A stretch of 64,000 bases of DNA from Peptococcaceae bacterium SCADC1_2_3 (lineage in GTDB: Bacteria; Bacillota; Desulfotomaculia; Desulfotomaculales; Nap2-2B): assembly GCA_000681355.2 (NCBI GenBank), contig JJNX02000001.1, positions 1,555 to 65,554 of the forward strand, given 5' to 3'. The position numbers and the translations under genes were made by a program. The notes beneath the pieces are model-generated. The model saw nothing but the letters and a program-made list of their open reading frames with translations, was not told where the DNA came from and did not search any database. Of the stretch, positions 1 through 8,514 are shown piece by piece. Position 1 is the stretch's first letter. Every line of letters begins with the position of its first letter.

Positions 1-44
1 GTACATTATGCTGGTATAAAATGCAACCATTATTATCTTTTCAT

Positions 45-176
45 TCAGAATCAAGGCTTAGTGGAGCAGGCATCTTGCCTGCATTATAAGAATCAGAATC
101 AAGGCTTAGTGGAGCAGGCATCTTGCCTGCATTATAAGTAATCAGAATCAAGGCAGACACACAGGTCTGCCCCTAC
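45..176. repeat. REP-like cluster: two tandem ~46-bp units each with a GCAGGCA-tct-TGCCTGC hairpin, then a GTAG-type REP on the minus strand (GTAGGGGCAGACCTGTGTGTCTGCC)
   Basis: Direct repeats at 45-90 and 93-138, a partial third unit at 142-154, and a palindrome GGCAGAC/GTCTGCC ending in CCCTAC at 152-176. Confidence 0.8.
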
Positions 177-193
177 AGCCTACAGCCTGGTTC

Positions 194-308
194 CTTTCAG
201 TCCCCTTGTCATCGGGTCAATTGGTGCAACTGACCGTGAAAGGTCTTAAAAAAACCAGTTGTATTGCGGTCCTTTCAGTCCTATTGTCATTGAGTAAAGG
301 GTTATTTT
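194..308 (-). CRISPR. Minimal or degenerate CRISPR array: one intact 37-bp repeat, a ~41-bp spacer and one degenerate repeat
   Basis: 194-230 reverse-complements to GTTGCACCAATTGACCCGATGACAAGGGGACTGAAAG (GTT...GAAAG ends, typical of CRISPR repeats). A similar sequence starts again at 272 (ctttcagtcctattgtcattgagt). cas6 and csx14 fragments lie within 1.6 kb. Confidence 0.7.
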
Positions 309-428
309 TCCGAAAATAAATCTATTTTGAAATTCTAGACAACATTGATCTCTGGTGGCCTCTTGCTTATATAAATTATGCATGTTATAATTTTACAAAA
401 CAAAAAGGAAAGGAAAAGAGATGTAATT

Positions 429-626
429 ATGCAGAACATACAGGATATCTTTCACGGAATCATTAAGGACTTACCAGAGCTGACACCGAATCAACTAGAT
501 ATTCTTATTACAGAAGCAAGCCGAATTAAAAATGAGAAGCTAAAAAGGAAACATAACCCACTACTTGATATAATCGGGATAGCTGAAAAATGTCCTGAGG
601 ATGGAGCCAAGAATCGTCCAGATTAG
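429..626 (+). CDS. Small putative antitoxin (VapB-like), probably C-terminally truncated and without a toxin
   Basis: ATG at 429 inside ORF 378..626. The C-terminal PLLDIIGIAEKCPEDGAKN resembles antitoxins found beside PIN toxins. No toxin gene follows. Confidence 0.4.
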   Translation: MQNIQDIFHGIIKDLPELTPNQLDILITEASRIKNEKLKRKHNPLLDIIGIAEKCPEDGAKNRPD

Positions 627-789
627 GCAAGATTGAAACGCAAACCTTCGGCCCGGCGCAGGAGGGTGGTGATATCAGTTGTGTATTTGGCTTTATCCCA
701 ATTGCCACCCCGGCGTTCTAGTTCAGCAAAATCAACCACCCATTCGCTGGGGAGTGAAGTGCGGAAAGTATTGAGGTCTCAATAAACTG

Positions 790-1359
790 TCAACCATTTA
801 TAGCTGAAATTACCCTGGCGTGCTTTGCGTACGTAGTTTGGTAATGGATTTGTTCCGCTACGTCGGAGCGAAAGCGCCGCCATTCCCGAAATTTGTCGTA
901 AATACTGGTGAACTGGTTAGTAACGGTCTTTACACTTTTGTTTAGCCGGCGGGCAATGGCGGTGCTGTCTAAACCCTCACAAGCCAGGCGCACCACTTCC
1001 CGCTCTGCCGGTGTAAGCTTGTATTCGATAAACTCCCGTTTGCGCTGCCATTCTTCCCTTTGCCGCATCATTTTCTGGAATTGGATAGCCTCCCAGGGGT
1101 TTTCCCGCAGGGCCAGTCCGGTTAGGGCCGGCGACACCGCACTCCAATACAAAACGGGCACCGGAACCAGCCAAGTGCGGTCCCCGGGTGAAAGATGCAT
1201 TACCCGCTCACTCCCCGGCCGCCATCCTTCGGAAAGCAGGTGCCAGAGGCGGTCATCTTCATCAAATAAAAGCTGGGCTGTCACCATTCCGTATACGGCC
1301 ATGGGCTTGCGTCCCCCGGCAATGCAAAGATGAATCAGGTTTTCAAGCACCCTATTCAA
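790..1359 (-). pseudogene. C-terminal part of a CRISPR-associated Csx14/NE0113-like CARF protein fused to a LuxR-type HTH
   Basis: HLCIAGGRKPM is a CARF GGRK motif; LTPAEREVVRL...AIARRLNKSVKTVTNQ is a LuxR HTH. The N-terminal half of the CARF domain is missing. Confidence 0.65.
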
Positions 1360-1469
1360 ACGTCATACAAGAATGAATCCAAAAAACTAAGATAGGAGAA
1401 ACGTCTGTAATTAAGACAAGTATTCTTTAAAATTTCAAGGTATAATAAACCATATATATCTATTTCTTG

Positions 1470-1820
1470 CTAAACGATATAATTCCTTCCGTAAAGGGTT
1501 TCTCCGGGCAGATAATCCGTTTTTTGCTCCTGTGGCGGTTCCAGCACAAAAGGGCGGGGGATGTCGGAATAATTGCGCAGTGCTTCTGCCTTGGGAGGAG
1601 GGGAGGTTTCAAAAACAAAGTGGTAAGGACAATTTTCTTTAAGCAGGCAGTCCCCGCAGGTTTCCTTTTTTTTTACGCAAACCAGTTGTTTAAAAACCCG
1701 GGCAAAACCCCCTCTTAAGGTGGAACCCTTGTAGGGAGGTAAAACCAGCCCCTGTGGGCCGGCCGCCAGGACAATTTCGTATCCGGTGCAGGAAAAATCT
1801 TTCGGGCAGTTAATGAGCAT
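1470..1820 (-). pseudogene. cas6: Truncated Cas6 (DUF2276-type RAMP pre-crRNA endoribonuclease), N-terminal third only
   Basis: LPPYKGSTLRGGF...C..C.L...CPY..VFE...PRPFVLEPP is the typical N-terminus. The ORF ends at 116 aa with no Gly-rich C-terminal loop. RBS GGAGG upstream. Confidence 0.8.
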
Positions 1821-2295
1821 GAGAAGACCTCCCGTTAAATTTTAGACCCCAATACGCTCCTTGGCTAAAATATGATTACAAATATCAACACGAGCTTCAA
1901 TTACAACTATAAGATAATATTTAATGCTTCCTTTTGTTGAAGCAAACTTTATTGATTAATTATAGCATGGTAGGCTAAATAAGGAAACAACCATACCTGA
2001 CAAAAATAACTTAATTTTCCAGAGAGCAAAAAACTGCTGCCAAAGTCCTATTGACAAGGATTATCTGCTGGCCTTATAAATTTTAAAGAAATACAGCATA
2101 CCTGTATATCTATTAATTGTAACGTTTGATCCAAATTGTCCTGCCAGCAACTTGCGGGTATGACGAATCCATTTTGGCTTTCACTTTCCTGAAAAACCTT
2201 TCTTCTTTTTTACTTTTTATCTAAGGATCCTGCAATTATTACTTTGACAGCAAGTTATTCTGTTGCTACAATAAAAAGGAAATTTTAATGTTATT

Positions 2296-2772
2296 TTGCC
2301 AAAGGTGAGCTATATGCACCGCTCTCGGATAATTGAACATGACTTTCGCAGATATATTTCCCTACTTATTGAAAAACTTGAGAAAGATCAAGCTATAACA
2401 GCTATTTTTCTCTTTGGCTCTTATGCTCAGGGAAAACAGACCAGGTTAAGCGATATTGACCTGGCAATCCTGCTTGAACCAGATTACCCCCAGGAGGACT
2501 TTTTTAAAAAAAAGCTGGAATTACTGCCGGTGATAACTTCTATACTAAGAACAGATGAAGTTGATCTGATCATCCTTAACTGTGCTCCTTACTCCCTGGC
2601 ATACCGGGTTTTAGGCCAGGGGAAACTTCTTTATGAAAAAGAGGAAAGAAGAAGCCACCGGGTAAATTTTCAGGCTCAAGTTTATGTTGGCTACTTCGAC
2701 TTTCAACCGGTAGAGAAAGTAATTCACCAAGGATTGCGCCAAAGGATTAAGGAGGGCAGATTTGGTGGCTGA
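2296..2772 (+). CDS. Type VII TA antitoxin, MntA-family minimal nucleotidyltransferase
   Basis: GSYAQGKQTRLSDIDL matches GSX10DXD; overlaps the downstream HEPN gene. Confidence 0.9.
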   Translation: MPKVSYMHRSRIIEHDFRRYISLLIEKLEKDQAITAIFLFGSYAQGKQTRLSDIDLAILLEPDYPQEDFFKKKLELLPVITSILRTDEVDLIILNCAPYSLAYRVLGQGKLLYEKEERRSHRVNFQAQVYVGYFDFQPVEKVIHQGLRQRIKEGRFGG

Positions 2773-3175
2773 CAAAGATGTTCTTGAAAAACGCCTCCTC
2801 AAGCTTGAACATGTTTTACGCAAATTAAAAGTTCTTTCCGAAATTCCCCTGGAAAAATATCTGAAAGATGAAGGTATTCAAGACCGCGCCGAAAGAAATC
2901 TGCAGATTGCAGCTCAGGTTTGTATTGATATCGGTAGTCATGTTATTGCCGAAAAGGGATACCGGCCTCCTTACAGTTATGCAGACATTTTTAAAGTTTT
3001 AGAAGAGGAAGGTTGTTTACCCGAAGAACTGGCAAATACCATGCAGCAAATTGCCGGTTTTCGAAACATTCTCGTCCATGAATATCTGGAAGTAGATAAC
3101 AAAATAGTGTACGAGTGCCTTCAAAAAATAGAAGACTTCAAAAGGTTCGCTGCACATGTACTAACGTGGATATGA
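2762..3175 (+). CDS. HepT-family (DUF86) HEPN RNase toxin
   Basis: FRNILVHEY matches RX4HXY; coupled to the MNT gene. Confidence 0.9.
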   Translation: MVADKDVLEKRLLKLEHVLRKLKVLSEIPLEKYLKDEGIQDRAERNLQIAAQVCIDIGSHVIAEKGYRPPYSYADIFKVLEEEGCLPEELANTMQQIAGFRNILVHEYLEVDNKIVYECLQKIEDFKRFAAHVLTWI

Positions 3176-3476
3176 TTGAGCAAGCACCGCTTTAAATAAT
3201 TTCATGGTCGCAGGGTCAGGGTAACCACTTGGGGTTCCACCCCCATCACAGAATAATCACAAATTTTCAAAACTATTTGTTGTTATAATTGCATATTTAT
3301 GTTAGAATAATTGAAACTTATAAGTTGTGTTTTTGTATTTTGCAATTAGTCCTTATGTCAGGGGGTACGGCTAAGGAGTTTAAGGTGGCTAATTTTTATT
3401 AAAATTGGGGGTACAAGCAGGCTTCTCCTAAATTTTTAAAGAGTAAATTACAAAAAAATAAAAAGGAGGTTCAAAA

Positions 3477-3764
3477 ATGGCTTACTATATAATGTTGACA
3501 ACCCTTACAGACGAGGGAAGGAAAACTATTAAAGAGAATCCGGACAGGGTCGGAGAAGTCAATTATGAAGTCGAGGCCTTGGGGGCAAAAATAATTGCTC
3601 AGTATGTGGTTTTAGGCCAATACGACTTTGTAAACATTTTGGATGCTCCTGATAACAAGGTTGTGGCTAAAGTGGCGATGGAATTGGGTTCCAGAGGCAC
3701 ACTTAAGACTATAACCATGGCCGCCATGACTACCGAGGATTTTATTAATAGCATTAAAAAGTAG
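3477..3764 (+). CDS. GYD-domain protein
   Basis: LGQYDFV motif, 95 aa, RBS AGGAGG. Confidence 0.85.
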   Translation: MAYYIMLTTLTDEGRKTIKENPDRVGEVNYEVEALGAKIIAQYVVLGQYDFVNILDAPDNKVVAKVAMELGSRGTLKTITMAAMTTEDFINSIKK

Positions 3765-3870
3765 CATTTTATTAAGTATTGAATATAGTGGCTCTTCCAG
3801 ATTTTAAAAGTAACGACCCTCTGGCAGCTTGCTTGGGCCTTATTTTTGTCTCATCAGAAGGGGGATTTTA

Positions 3871-4791
3871 ATGTACGAGCTAATTATCATAGGCGGCGGG
3901 CCGGCGGGCATGACCGCCACGGTATACGCCGCCCGGAAAAAAATAAACACCCTTTTAATCAGCAAGGACATAGGGGGACAGCCCTTAGTTACCGCTAACA
4001 TTGAAAATTATATGGGCTACCAGTTTATAGAAGGACCGGAGCTAATGCAAAAATTTGAAGCTCAGATCCGGCAGTTTCCGGTAGAAATAAAAAACGGAGT
4101 TGAGGTAAAGAATCTGGCTCAAATAAAAAACGGTTTTACGGTAAAGACGGCAGAAGAAGAAGAATTCCAGGCCAAAACAGTGATTATTGCCACCGGTAAA
4201 AAGCCCCGGCCGTTAAACGTACCTGGTGAAGAAAAACTAAGGGGCAGAGGAGTAACATATTGTGCTATTTGCGATGGTCCTCTTTTTGCCGGGGAAAATG
4301 TGGCGGTAATTGGCGGCGGCAATTCTGCCCTGGAAGCTACAGACGACTTAATTAAAATAGCCTCCCATGTTTATCTTATTTCCAGAAGCTCTCTAACGGG
4401 TGATGCCGTAATTATTGAGCGGGTTAAAGGCGCTCCCAACCTGACCATACTTTTGAACTACCAGCCAACTGCCGTAGGGGGAACTGCTAGGGTAGAAAAT
4501 ATAACCGTCAAAAATTTAAAAACCAGGGAGCAACAGGATTTAACGGTAAGCGGTATTTTTGTAGAGATTGGGCTTATTCCTAATTCTGATTTAGTCCGTG
4601 AAATTGTCCCCCTTAACGAACTAGGGGAAATTAAAGTAAATTGCGCTAACGGAACAGAGGTGCCGGGTTTATTTGCCGCCGGTGATGTGACTGATGTTCC
4701 GGAAAAGCAGATTATTGTATCCGCGGGGGAAGGAGCAAAGGCTGCGCTGCAGGCCCATCGCTATCTGCAGCGGTTGAACGAGGCAAGTTAA
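3871..4791 (+). CDS. trxB: Thioredoxin reductase/AhpF-like FAD-dependent disulfide oxidoreductase
   Basis: GGGPAG, CAIC redox disulfide, GGGNSA and AAGD motifs; ATG at 3871 after AGGGGG. Confidence 0.85.
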   Translation: MYELIIIGGGPAGMTATVYAARKKINTLLISKDIGGQPLVTANIENYMGYQFIEGPELMQKFEAQIRQFPVEIKNGVEVKNLAQIKNGFTVKTAEEEEFQAKTVIIATGKKPRPLNVPGEEKLRGRGVTYCAICDGPLFAGENVAVIGGGNSALEATDDLIKIASHVYLISRSSLTGDAVIIERVKGAPNLTILLNYQPTAVGGTARVENITVKNLKTREQQDLTVSGIFVEIGLIPNSDLVREIVPLNELGEIKVNCANGTEVPGLFAAGDVTDVPEKQIIVSAGEGAKAALQAHRYLQRLNEAS

Positions 4792-4819
4792 CTGCCTGCA
4801 TCTGCATTTTCCCATTTTA

Positions 4820-4848
4820 GGAAGCAGGGGGACGTTCTTTTTGCTTCC
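4820..4848 (-). repeat. REP-like palindrome flanking the RAYT gene (left)
   Basis: Reverse complement GGAAGCAAAAAGAACGTCCCCCTGCTTCC matches the copies at 5672-5733. Confidence 0.8.
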
Positions 4849-4852
4849 TTGT

Positions 4853-5623
4853 CTAGGCCTTAAAGACCATATTTTGACTTAATCCAGTTACCCGGGCAAT
4901 CTGCCGCTGTGTTGCCCCTTCAATAACCTTGACTCGCCTAAGTATCTCATCTCGCTTTTGTTTCTCAATGGTTCGCAAAATTGTTACTGGCGCCCCATTT
5001 AACATAGCTTCAATCTCTGCTTTTAATTCACCATCGGGTTTCCTTTGTTTGATTCCATCACCAAGGCATGTATCCTGAATTTCCATTTTCATATACTCGT
5101 GAAATCTGTGTATCGCCTCAGTCCGCTCTTCGGCGAAAATCCCTAAAACGAAACCATCATCGGTCAGTCCAATTGGATTTTCAGGCCGGCCATAATATGC
5201 CTGGATGCTGCTCCAGCAATATTCTTCCGGTTTGCTTACCATCCCCGCTTTTACCGGATTGTTATGAATGTATCTGATAACGGTCAACAAATATCCATCA
5301 TCTTTAACACATTCACTTCTATAGCGACCCTGGAATACATGGCCGTTTCTTTGATATTTCCGGTTATACCACCAGGCATAACTGGTTCCTATGCGTTTCA
5401 TGATTTGGTGGATCTCTTCATTTTTTTCATGAATAAGCAAATGGATATGATTACTCATCAGGCAATATCCATACACTTCAAACTTGTCAGTCTTCACCCG
5501 GCCAAGAGTTCCCAGAAAACGCTGATAGTCATCTTGGTCGCAGAATATGTCCTGCCGGTTGATTCCTCTTGTCACGATGTGGTAAACTCCGCTCTCACAC
5601 CGCTCCCTTGCTTGTCTTGCCAT
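4853..5623 (-). CDS. REP-associated tyrosine transposase (RAYT; IS200-like HUH Y1 nuclease) with C-terminal HTH
   Basis: YHIVTRG, YCLMSNHIHLL (HUH), GHVFQGRY and RYIHNNPVKAG (catalytic Tyr); flanked by inverted REP copies. Confidence 0.9.
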   Translation of the reverse strand: MARQARERCESGVYHIVTRGINRQDIFCDQDDYQRFLGTLGRVKTDKFEVYGYCLMSNHIHLLIHEKNEEIHQIMKRIGTSYAWWYNRKYQRNGHVFQGRYRSECVKDDGYLLTVIRYIHNNPVKAGMVSKPEEYCWSSIQAYYGRPENPIGLTDDGFVLGIFAEERTEAIHRFHEYMKMEIQDTCLGDGIKQRKPDGELKAEIEAMLNGAPVTILRTIEKQKRDEILRRVKVIEGATQRQIARVTGLSQNMVFKA

Positions 5624-5671
5624 CTATCATCACGCTTTCAGATTTTCTTTATTATATCGAACAATTGCTAA

Positions 5672-5733
5672 GGAAGCAAGAAGAACGTCCCCACGCTTCC
5701 ACAAGGAAGCAAAATGAACGTCCCCTTGCTTCC
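5672..5733 (+). repeat. Two tandem REP-like palindromes (GGAAGC...GAACGTCCCC..GCTTCC) flanking RAYT (right)
   Basis: 5672-5700 and 5705-5733, inverted relative to 4820-4848. Confidence 0.8.
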
Positions 5734-5900
5734 ACCTTTGCTTCCAACGGAATGGCGGGTGCAAAGGGCGTCCCGACCGAATTGCTCGAAGGAAGCCCCT
5801 TCCGCAAACAACAGGGAAAAACCCCCAAAGTAGCAGTGGTAGTTCTGATGAAACCGTGTTATAATTCAAGTAGGATTTTCCTACAAGGAGGTAATTCCAA

Positions 5901-6224
5901 ATGGCCAATCAGATAGCCGTGCGGATAGACAATAAGGGCCGGGTTACCCTGCCCAAAAACATACGGCAGGCTTTAGGGGTGGATACGGGCGACACCGTAT
6001 TCCTCAAGTATGAGCCTGAAGGAAACTTGGTACGGATGAGCCGAGCCGTAGAAGACCCTATTGCAGTTTTATGGGAGCATGCTGAAAAGGAATACCAGGC
6101 GGGGAAAACGAAGGACTTGAGGGATTACGCCCGGGAGCAAGGATTAACCGATGTCTTAGAGGTTTTCGGTTCAGAACAAGGGCCATGCCCTAAAAGGGTT
6201 GCTACGGGACCTTCGGTCGCTTGA
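5901..6224 (+). CDS. AbrB/MazE-family antitoxin
   Basis: IDNKGRVTLPKNIRQALGVDTGD swapped-hairpin signature; RBS AGGAGG. Confidence 0.85.
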   Translation: MANQIAVRIDNKGRVTLPKNIRQALGVDTGDTVFLKYEPEGNLVRMSRAVEDPIAVLWEHAEKEYQAGKTKDLRDYAREQGLTDVLEVFGSEQGPCPKRVATGPSVA

Positions 6225-6375
6225 GTTTTTCCTGCCAGGAGGAGCCTGCCGGGCCGTTTATGCAGTTAAGACTGGGGAGCAGGTTTGTCTAGTGATTATT
6301 GTTGGCATCACGAAGGCCTTTACGAAAGAGCTGAGCGCATGGTAAGGGCGATTAGGCGACAGGGACTGCTGAAGT
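6151..6375 (+). pseudogene. Degenerate RelE/ParE-family toxin
   Basis: Manual translation gives GHALKGLLRDLRSLEFFLPGGACRAVYAVK...VCLVIIVG, then a frameshift into HEGLYERAERMV. There is an early stop after ATG 6151; the remnant sits directly after the antitoxin. Confidence 0.6.
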
Positions 6376-6434
6376 GGAAGTGCGCTAAATGTTTCGCCAG
6401 GTCAGGAGAAGGAAAACAGGCCAAAGCCACCAGG

Positions 6435-6560
6435 AAAATGTGGTTGATTGAAACCAAGGGCTGGGAAAAAGAAGATACTCTTTTAAAAGACGCCAGAGCA
6501 AACAAATGGTGTAAAGATGCCTCAGCTTATTTCAAGTCTTGGTCATTGAACACCTGGTAA
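6435..6560 (+). pseudogene. Fragment of the C-terminal nuclease domain of a type III restriction (Res-like) enzyme
   Basis: WLIETKGWEKEDTLLKDARANKWC resembles the ExKG...K...A..W motif of Res C-termini. Confidence 0.5.
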
Positions 6561-6707
6561 CAGGCTAAAGCATTAGAAATAATAATTTTAATTTTTTGGT
6601 TAGAAGTTAGGAAAAAAACTTATTTTGCATGGTTTTTAGGTGCTAATTTTTACGCCTGGATACAGTTTTTAGAGACATTTCAGTGATAAAAAGGGGGTGC
6701 AAAATCA

Positions 6708-7157
6708 ATGAAAACAAATTCCAAAGGTTATGTTATCACTGCGGATGTTTCATCTATTAGGGATATTATTTGTGATGAAGTTTGGCAGATTACCAGGTCC
6801 AGTAAGCATATTTCGGGTACTGTATGGGTTCCAGAGCTCGCCCCAAGTTCTCAATTATTCGAAAAATATCTTAAGGAGTGGAAGGATAATCCGGTAGAAG
6901 AGTGGTGGTACCTTTACAAAGATGCATTTAATAAAGAATTAAAATCAGCTAAAAAACTCGGCGCATTGAAAAAGCTGGGGAGATTAGTGGAATCGGGAAG
7001 AATTATTGCCTTGATTTGCTTTTGCAGAGACAGTGATCATTGCCACAGGGCTTTAGTAGGAGAACTTCTTAAGCAATGTGGGGTAGAGGTGGAAGAATAC
7101 GTTAAAAAAAAGAAAACCGAAACTCATACTTACGTTGAACAGTTGACTTTGTTTTAA
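6708..7157 (+). CDS. DUF488-family protein with C-terminal QLTLF motif
   Basis: ELAPS...LF, Y...F..EL and ALICFC...HCHR motifs; ends in EQLTLF; RBS AGGGGGTG. Confidence 0.75.
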   Translation: MKTNSKGYVITADVSSIRDIICDEVWQITRSSKHISGTVWVPELAPSSQLFEKYLKEWKDNPVEEWWYLYKDAFNKELKSAKKLGALKKLGRLVESGRIIALICFCRDSDHCHRALVGELLKQCGVEVEEYVKKKKTETHTYVEQLTLF

Positions 7158-7176
7158 GTAAAGGAGGAAATTTAGT

Positions 7177-7623
7177 TTGACAATTTATACTATCGGTTTC
7201 TCTAAAAAAAATTTAAGAGAATTTATTGCCAAATTACAAAACGCAGGGGTTAAAAAAGTAATAGATGTGCGTCTTAATAATACTTCGCAACTAGCAGGAT
7301 ATGCCAAGAAGGAAGACCTGGAATACATTCTTGATTTGGTGGGTATTGGCTACGAACATCACCCAGAACTAGCACCAACAGAAGAATTGTTGAAAGGTTA
7401 TAAACAGAAAAAGATTCCATGGGATCAATATGAGAGCGAATTCAACAAAATATTGCCAAAAAGGCAACCCCTCAAGAGTATTGATTTTGAAAATCAAAAT
7501 GGCTCTATTTGTTTACTTTGTTCTGAAGATAAACCTGACCGGTGTCACAGAAGACTTTTAGCAGAGTATTATAGCAGAAATTTACCAGGGGCAGGAGCAA
7601 GGGTAGAAATTAAACATTTGTAA
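7177..7623 (+). CDS. DUF488-family protein
   Basis: IYTIGFS, IDVR, ELAPT and CLLCSE..PDRCHR; RBS AGGAGG. Confidence 0.9.
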   Translation: MTIYTIGFSKKNLREFIAKLQNAGVKKVIDVRLNNTSQLAGYAKKEDLEYILDLVGIGYEHHPELAPTEELLKGYKQKKIPWDQYESEFNKILPKRQPLKSIDFENQNGSICLLCSEDKPDRCHRRLLAEYYSRNLPGAGARVEIKHL

Positions 7624-7693
7624 AAAGAGAATGGCGGATAAAACAGATACTTATTGTTTAATGGATCAATTTCTTTGGGGAGAGGAAGTTAAT

Positions 7694-8344
7694 TTGGAAA
7701 CAATTAGAATAGTTTGCCTGGCTAATTCGAGGAAATTGGGGGAGCGTTGTATAGCAGGAGTCGATTTGGAGACAGGAAAGTGGGTGAGACCAGTCAATGA
7801 AGGTGGAGCCGAATTGTCCTTAAAAGACATAAATTACGAGGATGGGTCAACGCCGCAGGTACTAGACATAATAAATATGCCGGTTATAAAACGACAACCG
7901 CTTTATTATCAGCCAGAAAATTGGGTTATAAATAGAAAAAATTTTTGGTCAAAGGTTGGAAGGCTTCCGGTAAGTAAGTTGCAACAATATTGTGAGAATT
8001 TACCCTTTATTTTTTATAACTCTAGTGATCGTTTGCCTCAAGATTTTATTTTGTCAAAAGGAATCGAACAATCTTTAATTTTGGTGGAAGTCGAAGGAAT
8101 ATGTATCGAAAAAAAATTACCCCCATGGAGAGCCAACTCTCAGGTGCGGGCAAAGTTCAAATATAATGGTATTTTCTACGACTTGGCAGTAACCGATATA
8201 CAGTGGGAACAGAAATTTTCGGGCCAACAAATAGAGATTGGGGAGTATCCTTGTAAAGGACGATTCTTGTTGACTATTGGCCTCGGAAAAGAGTTTAAAG
8301 GGGAACATTATAAACTGATAGTTAGTATTATAAAACTTGATTAG
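7694..8344 (+). CDS. Dual OB-fold domain protein
   Basis: IVCLANSRKLGERCIAG...WVRPV, QPENW, YDLAVTD and YKLI motifs. Likely start is TTG at 7694 after GGGGAGAGG (ORF track start 7631). Confidence 0.75.
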   Translation: METIRIVCLANSRKLGERCIAGVDLETGKWVRPVNEGGAELSLKDINYEDGSTPQVLDIINMPVIKRQPLYYQPENWVINRKNFWSKVGRLPVSKLQQYCENLPFIFYNSSDRLPQDFILSKGIEQSLILVEVEGICIEKKLPPWRANSQVRAKFKYNGIFYDLAVTDIQWEQKFSGQQIEIGEYPCKGRFLLTIGLGKEFKGEHYKLIVSIIKLD

Positions 8345-8514
8345 AGTAGACTAAAATGTTGGGTCAATGATAAATAAAAAAGGTGTTTTTGACCCAACTA
8401 TGGAAATACGCTAATATAGAAAAAGTTATAAAATTACCTAAGTTAGAGATGGTTTTACGATGGAAAAAGCAATTAATCCTATGAATTAGCAAAGTTAAAG
8501 GAGATGTTAACTTC

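Noticed and set aside
45-154. 48-bp-period direct repeats as a CRISPR array
   Set aside because: The units are adjacent with only 2-3 nt between them and no unique spacers; they contain REP-type hairpins
623-860. Minus-strand reading frame fragment (…KWLTVY*DLNTFRTSLPSEWVVDFAELERRGG…FNLA*) and an ATTGAAAC at ~633-640 resembling a CRISPR repeat end
   Set aside because: The frame is interrupted by a stop and cannot be assigned to a family by eye; the ATTGAAAC has no matching repeat partner
908-1718. Plus-strand ORFs 908..1333, 1188..1376 and 1467..1718
   Set aside because: Antisense shadows of the csx14-like and cas6 fragments with no recognisable motifs
5569-5916. ORFs 5569..5916 (+) and 5630..5908 (-)
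   Set aside because: They run through the REP palindromes and promoter region; no coding features
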